From: Candidatus Shapirobacteria bacterium
GTDB lineage: Bacteria > Patescibacteriota > Microgenomatia > UBA12405
Assembly (NCBI GenBank): GCA_037142555.1
Contig: JBAXAJ010000002.1
Span: 15,029-79,028 of the forward strand
Length of the DNA: 64,000 bases
Direction: 5' to 3'
Part shown: piece by piece, positions 59,071 to 64,000 of the stretch
How positions within the stretch are numbered: position 1 is the stretch's first letter
How the letters are laid out: the number at the start of each line of letters is the position of its first letter
Program-made: the position numbers and the translations under genes
Notes under the pieces: generated by a model
What the model saw: only the letters and a program-made list of their open reading frames with translations
Told to the model about the DNA's origin: nothing
Databases searched by the model: none

Positions 59071-59712
59071 ATGTCTGTTTTTCTTGATTTAATTTTTCCA
59101 AAGACTTGTTTTGGTTGCAAAAAAATTGGTCGTTATTTTTGTCAAAATTGTCTTGATGAGCAAAACACTTTAGCGATTGAAACTAGAGACAAAAATATTG
59201 AAGGCCGTTTGAGTATTTTTAGCTATAAAAAAATGGTTAAAAATGCCATCAGAGAACTTAAATATAACTTCACCACCGATTTAATAGGTGAGTTGTCAAA
59301 AATTTGTTCTAATAAAATCAAAACTGATTATCCTAACCTACTTAAATATTGGCAAGATAATTCTTTTGTCATGGTTCCAATTCCACTTCATCCATATCGC
59401 CAAAATTGGCGCTCATTTAACCAATCAGCCATCTTAGCTAAAAAAATTGCTTTTAGTCTAAAACTAAAATATCGAGATGATTTTTTAAAAAGGAATAAGT
59501 ACACCGAATCACAGGCAAAATTTAGAAACAAATCTTCTCGAATTAAAAATATAAGTGATGTTTTTTGTCTCGATCCAAACATCAAAAATATACCTAAAAA
59601 AATTATTCTTTTTGATGATGTTTACACTACTGGTTCAACTCTAAATTCAGCTCTAAAACTCTTTAAAATCGACGATCAAAATTGTCACTGGTTTCTGGCT
59701 GTGGCTGGATAA
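59071..59712 (+). CDS. comF: ComF family protein
   Basis: FP..C.GC....C..C, PIPLH..R..R.FNQS, DDVYTTGST. Confidence 0.93.
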   Translation: MSVFLDLIFPKTCFGCKKIGRYFCQNCLDEQNTLAIETRDKNIEGRLSIFSYKKMVKNAIRELKYNFTTDLIGELSKICSNKIKTDYPNLLKYWQDNSFVMVPIPLHPYRQNWRSFNQSAILAKKIAFSLKLKYRDDFLKRNKYTESQAKFRNKSSRIKNISDVFCLDPNIKNIPKKIILFDDVYTTGSTLNSALKLFKIDDQNCHWFLAVAG

Positions 59713-60388
59713 CCTCTTCGTCAACAATTTGGCCACTAATCATTCGATGATTTTTAATTTCTTCTTCAGATTTTGGCATAATTGGTTCATTTTTTGTATT
59801 ATTGTCTTCAAACATTTGCCAACCTTCCATTGGAGTTAGGGAACTTAGATAAAAATTATCTACATGTAAACCATGTGGAGCCAAAGATTCTCTCAATTCG
59901 TTCTTAATTTCTTCTTCAATAAGACTTCGGTCAGTTGAAAGAGATTTAATTAAACTATGATTAGTCAAAACTTTTCTGATTCGGCTTCTAGTCACTGGTC
60001 GAACCACTTTAGAAACAAAATTTTCACCAATATTTTGCCAAATTTCAGGCAATCTTTCAGTATCAAGCTTAATTAAAACTGTTGCTTCCACTGCCACAAA
60101 CTTATTATCTTCAGTCACTGAGTTAATAATTTCATCACCCATGATTTCTTTATTCTCTTTAAGAATAATATCCTTAGAAATTGTGTATTCAATTAATTGA
60201 GCATTAAAAAGTTTTACTCGGTGGACTAGAGGAATCTTAAAATGCATACCTGGGTGCCAAACACTTTTTAAAACTCCACTGAAAATACTATAGATACAGC
60301 CAACGTGGCCTGGAGGAATAGTAACTATAAACCCGCCGACTACTTCGTCGACTAATAAAGAAACTAATAGATTATCAATTGATGCCAT
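59663..60388 (-). CDS. SPFH/prohibitin (band 7) protein
   Basis: IPPGHVG, PGMHFKIP, VVRP..RS.IR. Confidence 0.88.
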   Translation of the reverse strand: MASIDNLLVSLLVDEVVGGFIVTIPPGHVGCIYSIFSGVLKSVWHPGMHFKIPLVHRVKLFNAQLIEYTISKDIILKENKEIMGDEIINSVTEDNKFVAVEATVLIKLDTERLPEIWQNIGENFVSKVVRPVTRSRIRKVLTNHSLIKSLSTDRSLIEEEIKNELRESLAPHGLHVDNFYLSSLTPMEGWQMFEDNNTKNEPIMPKSEEEIKNHRMISGQIVDEEVIQPQPETSDNFDRRF

Positions 60389-60399
60389 ATATGGATGAA

Positions 60400-61053
60400 T
60401 TATACACCAAAAGCGGTCGCTAATTTTAATAATTCGCTTTTTGGATCTTTAGCTGTCACGATTCCTGAAGCGATTAATACACCTTTAGCCCCTAGTTTAA
60501 GGGAAATTTTAATATCTTCAACTGATTTAACTCCAGCCCCAACCAAAACTGGGATTGGTGCAAATTTTTCCACCATTTTTTTAATAACTTGTGGTTTTTC
60601 GCTAGCTACCGATTTATCTTTACTTCCAATCAATTCACTTGGTTCATAAGCCACCATTGTTGGTTTTAAACTTCTTGCCCAACCATTAGCTTGGTTCAAA
60701 GAATTTAAACATAAAATTGATTCAAATTTATCTGGCCAATTTTTAAGCATACTCTTTATAGTTCCTGGTTTTAATTTATGTTCAGAATGGTTGACTAAAG
60801 ATCCATTTAAATCCAATTCTTTAGCTTGGAAAGGGGAAATAAAACCAGTTTTTGCTCCATCGGCATAATTATCTACATGTTGAATCAAAACTTTAATTTT
60901 TAGTTCATTTTTAATTCGATAAGCGTCCAAAGCTGAAACTACTGGGATGATTTCTATTCCAGTTTTTTTTGCCACTTCTTGGCAAATTTTAGCCAGTTCA
61001 ATAGCTCCTTTACCAAAACTTTCTTTATAAATTTTAAAATTAACTAAAATCAT
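60400..61053 (-). CDS. tpiA: Triosephosphate isomerase, archaeal type
   Basis: VNFK.Y, QHVD, LVNHSE, AYEP.ELIG, VGAG, LIASG. Confidence 0.93.
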   Translation of the reverse strand: MILVNFKIYKESFGKGAIELAKICQEVAKKTGIEIIPVVSALDAYRIKNELKIKVLIQHVDNYADGAKTGFISPFQAKELDLNGSLVNHSEHKLKPGTIKSMLKNWPDKFESILCLNSLNQANGWARSLKPTMVAYEPSELIGSKDKSVASEKPQVIKKMVEKFAPIPVLVGAGVKSVEDIKISLKLGAKGVLIASGIVTAKDPKSELLKLATAFGV

Positions 61054-61055
61054 TT

Positions 61056-62570
61056 TTATTTTAATTGGTAAGTAGTTTTAACCTGATTAATCCCATTTTG
61101 TAGGGCCACAATCACTTCTTCCATAGGTAGACTCTTTAAAGCCAAACTATTAATTGCATCTCCAAAATATTTTGCCATTGCATCATCTAGTCCACCATCC
61201 CAAGTGTTTGAAGCTAAGTACCAAGTTGTTGCCTTATCGGCTACTGACACAAAGGCTTTAGTTTTTTCATTATTAATAATTTTGTCAGATAGACTCTTTC
61301 GAGGATAAATCTCTCCAAAAGCTCTAGTTTGAGAAGCAGCTGTGTACATCTTTTCCATAGCTTCTTTTGAAGCTAAATATTCCATAAATTTCCAAGCTTC
61401 TTTTTGGTTTTTACTCTTACTATTTATTCCTTCTGCCCAATAGTTTGCCCAATGAATGTTAGTCAATTGAGTGTCTGAAGATGATTCAGCCTGACTAGTA
61501 TTATCTAAAGTTGGCAATTGAGGCACAGTCATTATCCCATAATTTAAATTAGGGTTAAGATCATTAATATTAAAAACTCTCCAAGATTGTCCAAAATAGA
61601 AAGCTAACTTGCCACTAGCAAACAATTGAGTTGAGTTTGGCAAACTCTCATCCCAAACTTTATTATCACTAGTTCTAAACATTGTGTAGAAAGTTAGAAC
61701 ATCTTTAAGTTTTTTAACTTCGTCAGGATTATTACTTAAAGGATTAACTCCATTTTGTTTAATCATCAAACCTAAAATATCACTCCATTGATCGACATTA
61801 TCGACTAATCCCATTGCTACTCCAGCTGTTTGGATTCTTCCATCAACATCTTTAACAGTCAATTTTTCAGCTGCACTCTTAAGATCCCACCAACTCTTTG
61901 GTAAACTCACTCCACCAGCATTAATTAAATCTTTGTTATAAAACAAAGCTAAACCGTCATACATCAAAGGAATTGCTTTATATTGACCACCTTCTTTAAG
62001 GCTATTTTTATAAATTTCATAGAAATCAGTGTCTAATTCTAGTTTTTTAACAGTCTCAACTGGAACTGGGGCTAAATAATCAGAAAACATAGGGAGCCAA
62101 GTGCTGTGTAGTCGATAGATATCAGGAACATCTTCACTATCACCAGTTTTGTTCAATCTTCCGATTAAACGGCTCCTGTAATCTGTTTTTGAATTCATTT
62201 TATAGTTAACTTTGATAGTTGGGTTTTTAGCTTCAAAATCAGCAATTATTCCGCTCATAACCGGAGAGTCTTCCCATAAACCCCAATAATTAAGAGTCAC
62301 TATTTTATTCTTGTTTTTTGAACCCGGGATTATAACTCCAAAAATTATAAAGAGAAGTAATATTATTCCAGCTCCAATCGCACCAAAAATTACAATTTTT
62401 TTAGTATCTATTTTTTTCTTAGCCACCGGCAAAGTTGTTGGACTGACGCTTTCAACTGGATTTGCTCCTTCAACTGGTTCCAATACTTTAACCCTTTCAA
62501 TTTGCTCATCAGGTTCAGCTATCTTTATTTTTCTTGGTGGTAATGGTGAGTTCATGTCTTCAGGATTCAC
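61056..62570 (-). CDS. ABC transporter sugar-binding-type protein, TM-anchored
   Basis: L.YWGLWE, F...NP.IKV, PDI, L.YNKDL, AWKFMEYL. Confidence 0.88.
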   Translation of the reverse strand: MNPEDMNSPLPPRKIKIAEPDEQIERVKVLEPVEGANPVESVSPTTLPVAKKKIDTKKIVIFGAIGAGIILLLFIIFGVIIPGSKNKNKIVTLNYWGLWEDSPVMSGIIADFEAKNPTIKVNYKMNSKTDYRSRLIGRLNKTGDSEDVPDIYRLHSTWLPMFSDYLAPVPVETVKKLELDTDFYEIYKNSLKEGGQYKAIPLMYDGLALFYNKDLINAGGVSLPKSWWDLKSAAEKLTVKDVDGRIQTAGVAMGLVDNVDQWSDILGLMIKQNGVNPLSNNPDEVKKLKDVLTFYTMFRTSDNKVWDESLPNSTQLFASGKLAFYFGQSWRVFNINDLNPNLNYGIMTVPQLPTLDNTSQAESSSDTQLTNIHWANYWAEGINSKSKNQKEAWKFMEYLASKEAMEKMYTAASQTRAFGEIYPRKSLSDKIINNEKTKAFVSVADKATTWYLASNTWDGGLDDAMAKYFGDAINSLALKSLPMEEVIVALQNGINQVKTTYQLK

Positions 62571-62621
62571 ATATATATCATACCCTAAAAAACTCTCTGT
62601 TGGCTATAATATAATTAAAGT

Positions 62622-63386
62622 ATGCTTCCTTTTATTTTTTCACTAATTGCCGCCCTTCTGGTTAGCCTAATTTCTTTAATTAGCGTTTTTTTTATTTTTA
62701 TTAAAACTCCAATTTTAAAAAAACTAACTCTTTTCTTCGTTAGTTTTGCAATTGGAGGTTTGCTAGGGGATGCTTTTATCCATCTCTTACCTCAATCTTT
62801 TGAAAAATTAGGGGCCAACTTAGGCACTTCTTTTTTAATAATTGTTGGGATTCTAATCTTTTTTATAATTGAAAAAGTTTTAAGATGGCGTCATTGTCAT
62901 GACATCGATTGTTCACACGATCATCTGGATGGTCAAAACAAATCAATAATAACTCTCAGTTTAGTCGGTGACACTGTCCATAATATGATTGACGGTATGA
63001 TCATCACCGCCAGTTTTATGGTCAGCATTCCAGTCGGAATCACTACTACTTTGGCCGTCATTCTTCATGAAATTCCACAAGAAATTGGTCATTTTGGAAT
63101 TTTTATTCATAATGGGCTCTCTATCTTCAAAGCTGTAACTTATAACCTTTTTTCTGCCCTAGCCAGCATTATCGGAGTAATTTTAACCATATTTTTAGGT
63201 TCTCATGTTGCCAATTTTTATCTATATTTAATCCCCATCACCGCTGGCGGTTTCATCTATTTAGCTTCTTCAGATTTAATTCCCGAACTCCATCGTCACA
63301 AAACCAAAATCAGTCATTCTGGAATCCAACTTTTCTTCATTCTTCTCGGTGTCGCCCTCATGTCTCTTTTAGTTTTTGTTGAATAA
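62622..63386 (+). CDS. ZIP family metal transporter
   Basis: HLLP, His-rich loop, HNMIDG, HEIPQE, DLIPEL. Confidence 0.95.
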   Translation: MLPFIFSLIAALLVSLISLISVFFIFIKTPILKKLTLFFVSFAIGGLLGDAFIHLLPQSFEKLGANLGTSFLIIVGILIFFIIEKVLRWRHCHDIDCSHDHLDGQNKSIITLSLVGDTVHNMIDGMIITASFMVSIPVGITTTLAVILHEIPQEIGHFGIFIHNGLSIFKAVTYNLFSALASIIGVILTIFLGSHVANFYLYLIPITAGGFIYLASSDLIPELHRHKTKISHSGIQLFFILLGVALMSLLVFVE

Positions 63387-63405
63387 AAATTGTTATCATA
63401 TCTAT

Positions 63406-63822
63406 ATGCAAATAAACATTTATACCGATGGGGGAGCCAGAGGAAATCCAGGAATTGCCGGTTACGGTCTAGTAATCTATGACAACGATTCAAAAATTAT
63501 CTATCAAGAATCAAAATTTTTAGGCATTAAAACCAATAATGAAGCTGAATATGCTGGTTTGCTTGGTGCCCTAGAATGGGTCAAAGATAATAAAGAAACT
63601 TTTAAAATAACTCAAATCAATTTCCATTCAGATTCTCAACTCGTCATTCGTCAACTCCAAGGTCTCTATAAAGTTAAAGCTCCAAATCTACTTCCACTAT
63701 TCAGACAAGCCAAAGAAATTATAAATTTAATTTCCACTCCAATTAAGTTTATCGATGTTCGTCGCGAGTCAAATGAACTTGCCGATGAACTAGCCAATCA
63801 GGCTATGGATCGAAAGTCATAA
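63406..63822 (+). CDS. rnhA: Ribonuclease HI family
   Basis: TDGGARGNPG, TNNEAEY, DSQLV, N..AD.LAN; start ATG 63406 (track start 63376). Confidence 0.92.
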   Translation: MQINIYTDGGARGNPGIAGYGLVIYDNDSKIIYQESKFLGIKTNNEAEYAGLLGALEWVKDNKETFKITQINFHSDSQLVIRQLQGLYKVKAPNLLPLFRQAKEIINLISTPIKFIDVRRESNELADELANQAMDRKS

Positions 63823-63824
63823 AT

Positions 63825-64000
63825 ATGAAAAATAAAAAATTAATAATTATTGCTATTTTAATAGTTTTAATTCCATTAATTCTTTTATTTCTTCCAATCA
63901 TTCTCAACTACGACAAAACCGGCAGCAACACTTTTATTCTAGACAAAAATTATTCCCATCTTTCCAGAGAACAAATCGATAAAAAAATAGACCAAGATTT
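63825..64000 (+). CDS. N-terminal part of a TM-anchored protein (truncated by the window)
   Basis: MKNKKLIIIAILIVLIPLILLFLPIIL..., open to the end. Confidence 0.6.
   Translation, partial: MKNKKLIIIAILIVLIPLILLFLPIILNYDKTGSNTFILDKNYSHLSREQIDKKIDQD

Overview
AT-rich chromosomal window from a Patescibacteria (CPR) bacterium, most likely Microgenomates. This assignment is inferred from the divergent stand-alone 16S rRNA, CPR-type pilins, archaeal-type TIM and a C1-G72 tRNA-Tyr. Most of the window is housekeeping: eno, groES/EL, idi, ispH/ispG, tdk, split transketolase, fba, rpe/gap/pgk/rpiB, two class A PBPs, purF, xth, recF, uppS, smpB, comF, tpiA, RNase H, tRNA-Cys, tRNA-Tyr, 16S rRNA and tmRNA. 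The most unusual structure is a tandem array of three self-contained expression cassettes at about 9116-14494, with a probable diverged fourth at about 41724-42335. Each cassette has a sigma70 promoter, a conserved covarying 5' hairpin at the predicted start site, a leader arm, foreign-looking Shine-Dalgarno-led cargo genes (purA-guaB or small orphans), a trailer arm complementary to that cassette's own leader arm, and a conserved long terminator hairpin. The lone 16S precursor in this window has the same layout. Resident genes look largely leaderless. Other oddities are an ORF-less structured transcript before ispH, a tmRNA lacking the G3-U70 and A73 alanylation determinants, a non-canonical tRNA-Tyr, a 2162-aa repeat protein between smpB and ssrA, and palindromic and heptameric repeats inside coding genes. 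All calls were made by eye, with no database search or folding program.
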